Source of the DNA: Candidatus Latescibacterota bacterium
GTDB lineage: Bacteria; Latescibacterota; UBA2968
Length of the DNA stretch: 64,000 nt
Direction: 5' to 3'
NCBI GenBank assembly: GCA_965204745.1
Contig: OZ242010.1
Location: 1,216,001-1,280,000, forward strand
Positions 9,817 to 19,790 of this stretch are shown one piece after another. Position 1 is the stretch's first letter. The number at the start of each line of letters is the position of its first letter. The notes under the pieces are model-generated. The model ran no database searches. It was not told where the DNA came from and saw only the letters and a list, made by a program, of their open reading frames with translations. The position numbers and the translations under genes are program-made.

Positions 9817-10482
9817 CTAACCCTCGGCGTCGGTTGCGGCCGCTGGTTTGCCTTGGCTGACCACCACTTTGGCCGGGCGCAGCACTTTGTCGCCCAGGCG
9901 ATATCCCTTTTCAATCACATCGGCAACAATGCCCGCGTCGTAGGTTTCCGATGGGATTTGCATCAATGCCTCGTGAACGGTCGGATCAAAGGGGGTGCCG
10001 ACGGTGTCGATCTCGTTGAGATTGCGGTTGTAGAGCACGCGCGGAAATTGCTCCATGATCATTTTCACGCCTTCTTGAAACCCCTCTGACTCGGTGTCCC
10101 CGTTTTCGCCGTGCGCCAATGCGCGATCCACGCTGTCCAAGATGGGCAACAAATCGCGGATGATGTCTTCGCCGGCAGATGCGATGAGCATCTCAAATTC
10201 TCGCGCCCTGCGCTTTTTGTAATTGTCAAATTCCGCTGCGAGGCGCATCCACCGTTCTTTGTACATTTCGGCTTCTTCACGCGCCAAGAACAAGGGGGTG
10301 AGTTCTATGGTCTCCGTTGAGGTATCCGGCTCATCGGCCTCCTGTTCGGCGTTTGCGACTTTTGCATCTGCCGAGACTGCTTCTTTTTTAGAAGGCGCGG
10401 ATGGATGGGCTTCCCCATTTTCGGGTGTTGCGACTTCTGCCTCTGCCGAGACTTCTTCCTGCGGTGTTTCTCGTTTTGCCAT
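9817..10482 (-). CDS. grpE: Nucleotide exchange factor GrpE
   Basis: [17 protein letters not shown] and [17 protein letters not shown]. Confidence 0.96.
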   Translation of the reverse strand: MAKRETPQEEVSAEAEVATPENGEAHPSAPSKKEAVSADAKVANAEQEADEPDTSTETIELTPLFLAREEAEMYKERWMRLAAEFDNYKKRRAREFEMLIASAGEDIIRDLLPILDSVDRALAHGENGDTESEGFQEGVKMIMEQFPRVLYNRNLNEIDTVGTPFDPTVHEALMQIPSETYDAGIVADVIEKGYRLGDKVLRPAKVVVSQGKPAAATDAEG

Positions 10483-10500
10483 AAGTATTTGACAACTCCT

Positions 10501-11520
10501 TTATTTTTGGGCCAACATCTCTTCCGTCAAATTTGCCACGTATTGCACCAAGGGCACGAGCCTGCCGTAAGGCAAGCGCGTTGGGCCGATGATCCCGATC
10601 ACGCCGGAGACATTGCCTACCGAATACGTGGAGGTGAGCAGGCTACAATTTTTGAGCTCGGGCGATTCGTGTTCATCGCCGATTGTGATGAACGTGCCCG
10701 GCGCGCGGTCGCTCAATAAGTGCGCCACATGTTCGCGGGCTTCTAGCATGCCGATGAGCGCGGCCAAGCGGTCATTGGAAAAATCGGGCTGATCGAAAAA
10801 GTTGCGCGTGCCGTCCATGTGCAGGTCCGAGACACTCGAAAACCGGAAGAGATGATCCGCGCTGTTGGCGAACAAGCGCAACAACTTGGGCGACCCAGAC
10901 GATGCGGACTCGAGGCGTTCTTTGACAGACGCCATAATTTCGCCCACTGTGAGTCCCGAAAGCCGCTCGTTGACCACGCGCTGCGTGGCGGCCAATTCGG
11001 CATCTTCGATTGCCCAGTTGATTTCCACGATCATCGTTTTGACCAACCCGGACCGAATGGACAGCACCATCAGCAACTTGGATTCGCTCAACTTGAACAC
11101 TTCCATGCGCTCGAAAATACCCTGGGCAAATTGAGGGCCGAGCGCGAGGCCGAGGTTGTGCGAAACATCGGCCAAAACTTTGGACACCTGTACGAGCAAA
11201 TCCTCGGCATTGCCCGCGCGCAACCGCTCGACACTTTTGCGAATAGACCGCTGCACGGCCTCGGCGAGTTCTTCTCGGTTCATCAGCGTATCCACATAGT
11301 AGCGATAGCCCTTGTCGCTGGGCACTCTGCCCGCGGATGTATGAGGCTGGTGCAAATAGCCCTTTTCCTCGAGATCGGCCATCGAGTTCCGGATGGTTGC
11401 CGCGCTGAGTCCCAAGTCCATGTTGGAGATGGTGCGCGACCCCACCGGCTCGCCTGTGGTGACGTAGATGCCGATCAAAATGTCGAGAATCGCCATTTCT
11501 CGCTGTGTCAGTTCGGCCAT
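10501..11520 (-). CDS. hrcA: Heat-inducible transcription repressor HrcA
   Basis: SAATIRNSMADLEEKGYLHQPHTSAGRVPSDKGYRYYVD and IIGPTRL. Confidence 0.96.
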   Translation of the reverse strand: MAELTQREMAILDILIGIYVTTGEPVGSRTISNMDLGLSAATIRNSMADLEEKGYLHQPHTSAGRVPSDKGYRYYVDTLMNREELAEAVQRSIRKSVERLRAGNAEDLLVQVSKVLADVSHNLGLALGPQFAQGIFERMEVFKLSESKLLMVLSIRSGLVKTMIVEINWAIEDAELAATQRVVNERLSGLTVGEIMASVKERLESASSGSPKLLRLFANSADHLFRFSSVSDLHMDGTRNFFDQPDFSNDRLAALIGMLEAREHVAHLLSDRAPGTFITIGDEHESPELKNCSLLTSTYSVGNVSGVIGIIGPTRLPYGRLVPLVQYVANLTEEMLAQK

Positions 11521-11616
11521 AGCATATACCTTTTGGACCTACCCCCTAACCCCGTTAGTCGCGCCGCGCATTGTAAGGCGGGGAATAACTCCGCCCGCCT
11601 CGGGGAGGGGTCACGC

Positions 11617-13371
11617 CTAATTCCCAAAGTTAGCGGCAAAGAGCAGGAAATCGGAGAAATTAACCTCATTATCGTTATTCAAATCGGCCTTGGGATTGTA
11701 GCCCGCATCGCCCACGCCCTTGCCAAAGGCCGCGGCAAAGAGCAGGAAGTCGGCGAAGTTAACCTCATCATCGCCATTCAAATCGCCAATGATGGCAGAC
11801 GCTGAATGGCGCAGGACGATCAATGCTTGAATCGCGCCAGCGGAACCGGAGAATCCGAGAATGGAGACCGTATCCCCTGCCATAAGTTGGTTAAAAGAGA
11901 AAAAGCCAATGCCAGGAATCATGCCCTGATCAAAAAGGCGCGACAAGATCTCATTGGGATCATTCGATGCGTCAGTTGTCGTGGCAAACAACGTTCCGAT
12001 GGAAGTGGTATCCCCCGGCGTTGCAACGGTTACAGACACGGTCACCTCTCGACCATCGCTTTGAACGAAAAACCGATTGTTATCAGCGTCTATGCGCTCA
12101 ACGCGCACCTTTTGAATACTGCTCTCTTCTAACTCGATCTCCGACTCCGATTGTAGCGCGACTTGCAAACCGGTCACGCTCGCACCATTCGCGACGCGAA
12201 TCAAGTTGGCGGAGTCAATTGTCCCCGTTGCATCGAGGCCCACAACAGCGGATAGATCGACCACATCTCCCTCTGCACCAACCGCACTTTGATTCAAACT
12301 CAAGATATAAGATCCATCGGGCACATGTTTCAATTCAAACGCCAGTTGTTCTGGGAGTGATTCGAGGCTACCGAAATGGGAAATGCGAACAATGGTCGCC
12401 AGTCCCCCTTCTATGAGTTGGCCGAAGAATTGGCCCAGGGGCAGGTCATCACTGTCATCTACCACAGCTAGAAGATCTGAATACGCTTCGGAATCTATCA
12501 GCACAGCCAAACCCGGACCCGGTTCATCGCTCAACGCAAAGCCCTCGGGCAACATCGCCATCCCGGAAACAACGGCATCTGACAATGCCACCGTGCCAAA
12601 AAAGTACTGTTGCGACGCGGACGGATTGCCAATGATTAGCTGATAGGTCGCATTTTCCGGCAAATTGAGGGTTACTGTGAAGGTCATCTTGTCGTCGCTG
12701 ACCGCCCAGTTGGAGGCCGTTGTCATCAATGCCGTGGGGTAGATCATCACCTGCGTGTTGACGAGTTCAATGCCCCCACTGGCTTCACTGGGCATTATGT
12801 CCGTGCCAGATCCGGGGTCGGATCCCGAGGAGCTATCGGTCTTTGACACGACTAAGGGCGCGTCGAAGTTGATTGAAAGTGTTTGCATCCCTGTCGGCAC
12901 GGGTGGATTTTTCACGTCTGCGTCGATGGTCATGTTGCCGATCATCACCGAAGTTGCCCGGGGTGCTTTATCTCCGGGCAGTTGTGCGAAATCATTGCGA
13001 TCGCCGGGATTTGTCACCTTAATGTTCGGATCGGGTGTGAAATTGCCACCCTGTGTGAAAGCGCCACCCGGGTCGCCTAATTCTCGACCATTGGACACGC
13101 CATCGCCATCGGAGTCGAGCATTGCGAGCGCGGCATTCCAATCGACGCTACCACTTCTGCCACTCGGATTCAGATAATTTTGGTTGATCTCAGTGCCAAA
13201 AGGGGTCAGCGCACCACCCCCGCTTGGATTTACATGACACGAGGCACAGCGAAATTCGCTGCCATTTGGAATTTGACCGACGCGAGCAGGGCGCGCATCG
13301 ACCAGTCCACTCCATCCGAAACAGGCGATAGTCAGGACAGCCAGCAACCTGCAAGCATTGAACCGCGACAT
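11617..13371 (-). CDS. Secreted protein with N-terminal CxxCH/temptin-like domain and C-terminal dockerin-like EF-hand pair
   Basis: AAGGAGG RBS, signal peptide, CASCHVNPSGGG...PFG...DSDGDGVSNGRELGDP, and duplicated DLNxDxEVNFxDFLLFAAxFG. Confidence 0.75.
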   Translation of the reverse strand: MSRFNACRLLAVLTIACFGWSGLVDARPARVGQIPNGSEFRCASCHVNPSGGGALTPFGTEINQNYLNPSGRSGSVDWNAALAMLDSDGDGVSNGRELGDPGGAFTQGGNFTPDPNIKVTNPGDRNDFAQLPGDKAPRATSVMIGNMTIDADVKNPPVPTGMQTLSINFDAPLVVSKTDSSSGSDPGSGTDIMPSEASGGIELVNTQVMIYPTALMTTASNWAVSDDKMTFTVTLNLPENATYQLIIGNPSASQQYFFGTVALSDAVVSGMAMLPEGFALSDEPGPGLAVLIDSEAYSDLLAVVDDSDDLPLGQFFGQLIEGGLATIVRISHFGSLESLPEQLAFELKHVPDGSYILSLNQSAVGAEGDVVDLSAVVGLDATGTIDSANLIRVANGASVTGLQVALQSESEIELEESSIQKVRVERIDADNNRFFVQSDGREVTVSVTVATPGDTTSIGTLFATTTDASNDPNEILSRLFDQGMIPGIGFFSFNQLMAGDTVSILGFSGSAGAIQALIVLRHSASAIIGDLNGDDEVNFADFLLFAAAFGKGVGDAGYNPKADLNNDNEVNFSDFLLFAANFGN

Positions 13372-13573
13372 AATACCCTCCTTAAAAATGTGGTGGATGA
13401 TGGCCTCTGCCCCTACCCGTTGCCAATTCACAGCACTTCGTTGTGGGCTTACGACGAGCGTGTAACGGGGGTAGCGTCTCCTAAATAGGATTTACAACCT
13501 CGCGCTTTGTTCCCAAAAGTATAGAGTATTTTGGCGCGAAAAACAATCGCTTTTTCAAAAATAAAAAATTGTC

Positions 13574-13601
13574 TTGCAACTTCCACAAAAATGCCTATAA
13601 T
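13574..13601 (+). promoter_or_regulatory. Putative sigma70 promoter
   Basis: TTGCAA-N16-TATAAT preceded by an A-rich UP-like tract. Confidence 0.5.
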
Positions 13602-13833
13602 AAACCCCGACAAAAATGAGATGGAAGTTTAGCCACAAGCGGGGTACAACTGGACGACAACCCGCTCAAAGGCACAAATAAGCAGGTGCTCTGCAAGCGG
13701 CGAGCAAACGAGACGCCAAACGACGAGTCGCTTGGCTAAGCATGCAATTCCAAGATCGGTATCCCAAACTGGACCGGTTCCTGCACCACTTGGCCTTTTC
13801 CGCTCATAACAGCGAAAGAGGATACACATACTC

Positions 13834-15339
13834 ATGGCGAACACCGAGACGCACGGCGAGAAGCTAACCCAAGGCACCTCCCCGAAAGTTCAGTCTAAAC
13901 TCGTCGCGCTGTTCAACAGGGCATCGCTACCTCTGTTCGTGATTGCACTGGTGTTAGCGGCATTCGCAGGTGGCGTGCATGTGGGAAAAGAAAAGGTATT
14001 TCCGTACGACCTTTTAATATCTGCCTATAAGACCAGTAAAACGCTGTTTGCAGTGCATGTGGAAGATGAGGTCTTCCCCGTATTCCATGGAATGGAGTTT
14101 GAGGATATCAGTCCCGACAGTGTGGAAGCGCGTCGCTTTGAGTTCCTCGGTGCCGATACCCTCGCCGACCCGATCCTCGTTTCGGGAGGGCTGGAGTTTT
14201 TCACCGAGTATTGTCCCAACGCCCGAGGATGCCTCGCGGTCGAGTTCGGCGGCCGAGGGGAAGTGAGGCATGCCTATCCGTACCGTCCCGATGAGTTCGA
14301 GAATGTGCCCTTCAGCGTCGACTTTCCCTACGAGCAGGTGCCCGGGTTCCAGTTTCCTTTTTTTTCGAAACCCCGTGGTATATCCCGGTATTCAAATGGC
14401 GACCTGTTGGTTGTTTTTTGGTTCCGCCATAGTTTTCCATTCGGCGGTGGCGTGGCACGAGTCAACCGCGATGGTCATGTGATCTGGTACCGCCGGGACT
14501 ATAGCCGTCATGTGCCGTATATAACCGATGGTGCTATTGCTTTGGTCCCAAGCCTGAGGATTGGCGAAGGGCCAATCGAATTCAAGACCAAAAATGGACA
14601 AACACACCATTTGACTTCAACTAAAAAGCAAAAGTACTATAATGATTTCGTACACATCATTGACGGGAAAGGGCGGCTTCTCAAAGCTATTTCCGTACTT
14701 GACGCGCTCCTCGAATCCCCGTATGCACCGTTTTTGTATGACGCGCTCAGCAATCCGACGCATCTCAATCCGACGCATCTCAACTTTGTCCATCAACTGC
14801 GGGAAGATGCCGGTGGTGCGAAGGGCATCGCGCCGGGCGACCTCGTGGTTTCTCTGCGAAATCTAAGCGCGTTCGGTATTCTAGATGGTCAAAGCCATCG
14901 GTTAAAAAAGTTGGTGCGCGGCGGATTCGTTCGGCAACACAGCGTCACGCATCTCGAAGAGGCCAAGTTCCTCATGTTTGACAACTGGGGCGGCGATGGC
15001 GTGCATGGCCCGTCTCGATTGCTCATGGTTGATTTAGCGGATGGCGATGAGACCACCATTTTTCCAAATGATAGGACTCCCGAACATCTGCGAGATATGT
15101 TTTCAGATATAGAAGGGCATATTTCCATTTCTCAGGACCGTCGTCGAGTTATCGTTGCATACTCCCTAGCAAATACCGCGGTTGAAGTTCGGCTTGCCGA
15201 CGGTGCGGTGCTCTCCGCGTTCACCAATTTACACGATATGTCGCACTTGAATACGTTGCCCGATGAGAGAAAGACCAAGGCAGTACGGCACAGGATACAC
15301 AGCATAAAATACATTGACAGTAATGGCGTGAGCAGATGA
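13834..15339 (+). CDS. Arylsulfotransferase (ASST)-like beta-propeller protein
   Basis: N-terminal TM anchor; PTHLN, VSLRN, QHS and MFDN motifs. Confidence 0.75.
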   Translation: MANTETHGEKLTQGTSPKVQSKLVALFNRASLPLFVIALVLAAFAGGVHVGKEKVFPYDLLISAYKTSKTLFAVHVEDEVFPVFHGMEFEDISPDSVEARRFEFLGADTLADPILVSGGLEFFTEYCPNARGCLAVEFGGRGEVRHAYPYRPDEFENVPFSVDFPYEQVPGFQFPFFSKPRGISRYSNGDLLVVFWFRHSFPFGGGVARVNRDGHVIWYRRDYSRHVPYITDGAIALVPSLRIGEGPIEFKTKNGQTHHLTSTKKQKYYNDFVHIIDGKGRLLKAISVLDALLESPYAPFLYDALSNPTHLNPTHLNFVHQLREDAGGAKGIAPGDLVVSLRNLSAFGILDGQSHRLKKLVRGGFVRQHSVTHLEEAKFLMFDNWGGDGVHGPSRLLMVDLADGDETTIFPNDRTPEHLRDMFSDIEGHISISQDRRRVIVAYSLANTAVEVRLADGAVLSAFTNLHDMSHLNTLPDERKTKAVRHRIHSIKYIDSNGVSR

Positions 15340-15612
15340 TCGTTAAAACGACCACAAAACTCGCCAGCGGCGCCATGCTTTTGGGCAACGAGACTTCAGA
15401 TGGCAAGTTAACGTCGTCGTTTGGCTTAGTCAGTGGTCAGTCCTCACCCATCCGCCACCCTTCGTCAGTCATGCAAAATAAAATCACTTCAGCTTTAACG
15501 TTGCAAAAAACGCCGTCTATATTCCCGTCGATTTGCAGGGTCGGCACGCCTTGTCGATCCGTTGCATATCACTTCCAACAGGCCACTTTTCTCACAATGA
15601 AAGGAGCAGAAT

Positions 15613-17031
15613 ATGGCCAAAACGCCTGAAGATGTCCTCGCAATGATCAAAGATGAGGGCATTAGAGTCGTTGACCTGCGCTTTACCGATTTTCCCGGGC
15701 ACTGGCAACATTTTACGATCAAGGCCTCTGATGTCGACGAAGAGACCTTCGAAGATGGGCTCGGTTTCGATGGCTCCAGCATTCGCGGTTGGCAGGCCAT
15801 CAACGAATCGGATATGCTCGTGATGCCCGATGCTTCCACGGCATTTATCGATCCCTTTTTCAAAGAACGCACGCTGGTGATGATCTCCGACATTGCGGAC
15901 CCCATTACCAAGAGCGGGTATTCGCGCGATCCGCGTTCGGTTGCCAAAAAAGCCCAAGCCTATTTGCAGTCCACGGGCATTGGCGATGTGGCACATTTCG
16001 GCCCGGAAGCCGAATTTTTTGTTTTTGACGACGTGCGCTTTAGCGAGGGTGCAAACCACGCCTCCTACAGCGTGGATTCCGTTGAAGGCTATTGGAATTC
16101 GGGCAGGGATGAAGGCCCCAACTTGGGGTATAAACCGCGCCACAAAGAGGGCTATTTTCCGGTGCCGCCCCACGATACACTGCAAGACATCCGCACGGAA
16201 ATGGTGCTGACGCTGGAAGATTTGGGCGTTGATTCCGAGATCCATCACCACGAAGTCGCAACCGGTGGTCAGTGCGAAATCGACATTCGTTATTGCCCGA
16301 TGGTCGAATGCGCCGACAAAATGGCGAAGTACAAATACATCGTCAAAAATGTGGCGCACAAACACGGCAAAACCGTGACCTTCATGCCCAAGCCCCTTTT
16401 TGAAGACAATGGCACGGGCATGCACACGCACCAGAGCATCTGGCGAGGCGATGAGCCGCTCTTTGCCGGTTCCGGCTACGCGGGCCTCAGCGAGACCGCC
16501 CTGTACTATATCGGTGGCATTCTCAAACACGCAAACGCGCTGATCGCATTGACCAATCCCACCACCAATTCGTTTAAGCGGTTGGTGCCCGGGTACGAAG
16601 CGCCGGTCAATTTGGCCTATTCGCAGCGCAACCGCAGTGCTTCGGTGCGTATCCCAATGTATTCGCAAAGCCCCAAAGCCAAGCGGATCGAGTTTCGTTG
16701 TCCAGATCCGAGTGCGAATCCCTATCTGGCGTTCTCGGCGATGTTGATGGCCGGGCTGGATGGCATTCAGAACAAAATCGATCCGGGCGAACCGCTCGAC
16801 AAAAACCTCTACGATCTCGAGCCCGAAGAGGCCGCATCCATTCCGCAGACGCCCGCATCGCTGGCCGATGCTTTGACCGCGCTGGAAGAGAATCACGATT
16901 TCTTGCTCAAGGGCGATGTGTTCACCGACGATGTGATTGAAACGTGGATCGCATACAAGCGCGAGAATGAGGTCGACGCGGTCAATCAGCGTCCCCACCC
17001 CCACGAATTCGCGCTTTACTTCGATGTGTAG
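15613..17031 (+). CDS. glnA: Glutamine synthetase type I
   Basis: [30 protein letters not shown] and the adenylylation motif NLYDL. Confidence 0.98.
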   Translation: MAKTPEDVLAMIKDEGIRVVDLRFTDFPGHWQHFTIKASDVDEETFEDGLGFDGSSIRGWQAINESDMLVMPDASTAFIDPFFKERTLVMISDIADPITKSGYSRDPRSVAKKAQAYLQSTGIGDVAHFGPEAEFFVFDDVRFSEGANHASYSVDSVEGYWNSGRDEGPNLGYKPRHKEGYFPVPPHDTLQDIRTEMVLTLEDLGVDSEIHHHEVATGGQCEIDIRYCPMVECADKMAKYKYIVKNVAHKHGKTVTFMPKPLFEDNGTGMHTHQSIWRGDEPLFAGSGYAGLSETALYYIGGILKHANALIALTNPTTNSFKRLVPGYEAPVNLAYSQRNRSASVRIPMYSQSPKAKRIEFRCPDPSANPYLAFSAMLMAGLDGIQNKIDPGEPLDKNLYDLEPEEAASIPQTPASLADALTALEENHDFLLKGDVFTDDVIETWIAYKRENEVDAVNQRPHPHEFALYFDV

Positions 17032-17058
17032 CGCGTAAGCGATTTTCAGTACATGCAC

Positions 17059-17096
17059 AAAAGCAGGTGGTTATTCGACCACCTGCTTTTTTTTTT
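17059..17096 (+). terminator. Intrinsic terminator after glnA, likely bidirectional
   Basis: AAAAGCAGGTGG/CCACCTGCTTTT stem ending in T10. Confidence 0.85.
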
Positions 17097-17113
17097 CTCG
17101 ATTCGTTGCGGGA

Positions 17114-17902
17114 TCAATCCCTCAATTTCGTCTTCTCATCCCATCGCACCACATCCAAGTGTTTTTGCGAAAAACCGACCGCGTCCCGAACATCTGCGCC
17201 GCGCATGTCCGCATTGTCGAATTGGGCTTTGTACAGGTCGGTTTTTTCCATGCGGGCGCGCTGGAGATTGGCGTTTCGCAAATCGACTTTGACGAGGTCC
17301 GATTCTTGGAGTTTCGCGCTTTGCAGGTTGGCCCCGCTTAAATTGGCATCTGTCAAATCCGATTTTCGGATGTCCGCGGTTCGCAAAACCGCGTTTTCAA
17401 AATCCACGTTGACCGCGATGGTTTCCGACAAATTGGCTCGGTAAAAATTCGCGTTTTTGCATCGCGCCCCGCGCAAATTGCACCCGACTAATCTCGCGCC
17501 TTCAAAATTCGCGCCTTCGAGATTCGCACCGCTGAGGTCTGCTAATTCCAGATCTGCCGGGGCCGCCTGCACGCCTTTGAGGTTGGCGCGGGTGAGGATC
17601 GCGTTTTGCAAGAACGCGCCGCTGATATCCGCGCCTTCGAGGTTCGCGTCGGTCAAATTGGCCTGCAAAAAACGCACGCGTTGCAAGTTGGCCCCGGACA
17701 AGTTCGCCCCGCGCAACTGCGCGCCGCTGAGAATGGCCTCGCGCATGTCGGCGTTTTGTAAGTGTGCGTTTTGCAAGTCCGCGCGGTTCAGATTCGCGCC
17801 CGCCAAGTCCGCGCGTTCACCCGCCGCGCCATTGGACGCGAGCCACGCTCGATGCCGTGCGAGGATGTCGCGCACTTGCGCTGGTGATAGGAGTTTTGGC
17901 AT
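17114..17902 (-). CDS. Pentapeptide repeat protein
   Basis: Long run of A(D/N)Lxx repeats after the N-terminal HRAWL...GERADL cap. Confidence 0.92.
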   Translation of the reverse strand: MPKLLSPAQVRDILARHRAWLASNGAAGERADLAGANLNRADLQNAHLQNADMREAILSGAQLRGANLSGANLQRVRFLQANLTDANLEGADISGAFLQNAILTRANLKGVQAAPADLELADLSGANLEGANFEGARLVGCNLRGARCKNANFYRANLSETIAVNVDFENAVLRTADIRKSDLTDANLSGANLQSAKLQESDLVKVDLRNANLQRARMEKTDLYKAQFDNADMRGADVRDAVGFSQKHLDVVRWDEKTKLRD

Positions 17903-17916
17903 GTCATCGTTCCTTT

Positions 17917-18474
17917 CTAAATCTCAATGATCTCGCTTTCGGTTACGATGAAATCCATCTTCACATCGTGTGGTTCGGCGGGTACGCGGTCTATGATCTG
18001 AAAGGCATAAGCGAGGCCGATTCGGACGGCTTTGGTCCGCGTCAAAAATCGGTCGTAGTACCCCTTGCCCGATCCGATCCGATGCCCATAGCGATCAAAT
18101 GCGATGCCGGGGATGAGGATCGAGTCGATGGTATGAGGTGGCAAAATCGCGTTGGGATTTGGCACGGGTTCGCGCAAGCCATAATGTGCGGTTCGCAATT
18201 CATTCAGCCCGGCTATCGCTTGAAAATCCATGACCCCATCCTGTCGCGCAATGGGCACGCCCACGCGTTTTCCGTCGCGGAGTGCTACGCGAATCAGGGT
18301 TTTGGTATCCACTTCATTGTTCACCGAGACATAACACGCGACGCGCTGTGCAACTCGGTACGCGGGCATGCGAATCAGCCTGCGATGAATCCGCAAACTC
18401 TTCTCCCGCACCACGCACTCGGGCAGTTGAATGCGGGCGGCGCGCAGGCGGCGTTTTAGATTTTGTTTGGTCAT
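17917..18474 (-). CDS. ygfA: 5-formyltetrahydrofolate cyclo-ligase
   Basis: NEVDT, YGLREP and PGIAFDRYGHRIGSGKGYYDR. Confidence 0.93.
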   Translation of the reverse strand: MTKQNLKRRLRAARIQLPECVVREKSLRIHRRLIRMPAYRVAQRVACYVSVNNEVDTKTLIRVALRDGKRVGVPIARQDGVMDFQAIAGLNELRTAHYGLREPVPNPNAILPPHTIDSILIPGIAFDRYGHRIGSGKGYYDRFLTRTKAVRIGLAYAFQIIDRVPAEPHDVKMDFIVTESEIIEI

Positions 18475-18487
18475 GCGGCGTGGTCAG

Positions 18488-19083
18488 TAGGTTGTGTTGA
18501 CATTTTATTTTTTTGCCTAACGTTACGCACAGAGTAGCAAATGTGTTGCTTGCCCATTTAAGGCGTTTGGTCCTTTGATGGCTTATATATCTGGTTGCTC
18601 TGATGGCGTTGCGCGAGGGGACCTATCCCCCGGCCCCGTTATTCGCTTCGCTCATTGTAGGCTACGCCTGTGCCTACGAGGAAAGGGGAGTAAAGCTCCT
18701 TTGAGGGCTTCTCGCTCTGGTTGCTCTGATGGCGTTGCGCGAGGGGACCTATCCCCCGGCCCCGTTATTCGCTTCGCTCATTGTAGGCTACGCCTGTGCC
18801 TACGAGGAAAGGGGAGTAAAGTCCCTTTGATGGCTTATCTCAAGGGTTGCTCTGATGGCATTGCGCGAGGGCATAAAGCGATTAAATATCCCTCACACTA
18901 TCCTCCCGCAAAACCCATCCGCGTTCCCCCCTTCCTCGCAGGAAGGGGGGTTAGGGGGGTAGGTCCCGATAAGGAGCGACTATTCCAGTTTCTCAAACCG
19001 AGAGCATATTCTGCGATAGAGCTTGATTTTTTCGATAAACCGCTCAAGCCAGTTGCTTTGCTCGTAAATGTCAACACGACCTA
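18488..19083. mobile_element. Modular IS5 (IS427-like)-derived MITE, complete copy A
   Basis: TA-flanked TIR GGTTGTGTTGACATTT / AAATGTCAACACGACC; transposase C-terminal relic IYEQSNWLERFIEKIKLYRRICSRFEKL; internal 126-bp tandem unit. Confidence 0.85.
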
Positions 19084-19779
19084 ATAAGTCGCGCCTGTGG
19101 AATCCACCATGGGCACGAACCGCACGGGGATGATGAGATCCCGTTGCAACTCGCCCATCCGTTTGGTCAGCAGCACCAACTCCTGTGCATCGCTTTCGCC
19201 CACGGGAATCACCATGCGCCCGCCCTCGGCGAGTTGCGCTTGCAGGGGTTGGGGCACTTGCGTTGGCGAACACGTCACGATAATCGCGTCAAAAGGCGCG
19301 TGTTCGGCCCATCCCTTGTACCCATCGCCAATTTTTATTTCGACATTCTCATATCCCAAAGCATCTAGCAAACCCGCCGCGCGATTGCCCAGCACTTCTA
19401 CGATCTCGATGGTATAAACACTGTCGCACAACTCGCCCAAGATCGCCGCCTGATATCCCGAACCCGTCCCAATTTCCAGCACCTTATCCGCCCGCTTCAA
19501 CTTCAGCACCTCGGTCATCAGCGCGACGATGTACGGCTGCGAAATGGTCTGCCCCTCGCCGATAGGCAACGGGTGATCGTCATACGCACGCGAAACATAA
19601 GGCGCGGGCACAAACCGATGGCGTTCCACCTTTCGCATCGCCGCGAGCACGGCCGGATCCGCAATCCCTCGATTTTCAATCTGTGTTTTTACCATGCGTT
19701 CTCGCAATCGCTCCATCCTGTCCTGCGTCCACGCCGAGGTGAACAGCATCGCCACACACAACAGCACCAAAATTCGCAT
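19081..19779 (-). CDS. pcm: Protein-L-isoaspartate O-methyltransferase
   Basis: GQTISQPYIVA, VLEIGTGSGYQAA and APFDAIIVT; GGAGG RBS before ATG 19779. Confidence 0.93.
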   Translation of the reverse strand: MRILVLLCVAMLFTSAWTQDRMERLRERMVKTQIENRGIADPAVLAAMRKVERHRFVPAPYVSRAYDDHPLPIGEGQTISQPYIVALMTEVLKLKRADKVLEIGTGSGYQAAILGELCDSVYTIEIVEVLGNRAAGLLDALGYENVEIKIGDGYKGWAEHAPFDAIIVTCSPTQVPQPLQAQLAEGGRMVIPVGESDAQELVLLTKRMGELQRDLIIPVRFVPMVDSTGATY

Positions 19780-19790
19780 CTCGACCTCCG

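Noticed and set aside
15541-15568. Sigma54 promoter for glnA (GGCACG...TTGCA)
   Set aside because: The spacing between GG and GC does not fit -24/-12.
15592-17058. Long antisense ORFs (also 54443-56035, 24695-26011, 32577-33800, 37712-38869)
   Set aside because: They are shadows of well-supported genes in GC-rich DNA and carry no motifs of their own.
18475-19083. 6S RNA expected upstream of ygfA
   Set aside because: The interval is filled by the MITE and shows no 6S-like rod with a central bubble.
18575-19084. ORFs within MITE copies (also 24303-24575, 47197-47538, 62468-62892)
   Set aside because: They are translations of repeat modules with frames and stops that differ between copies.
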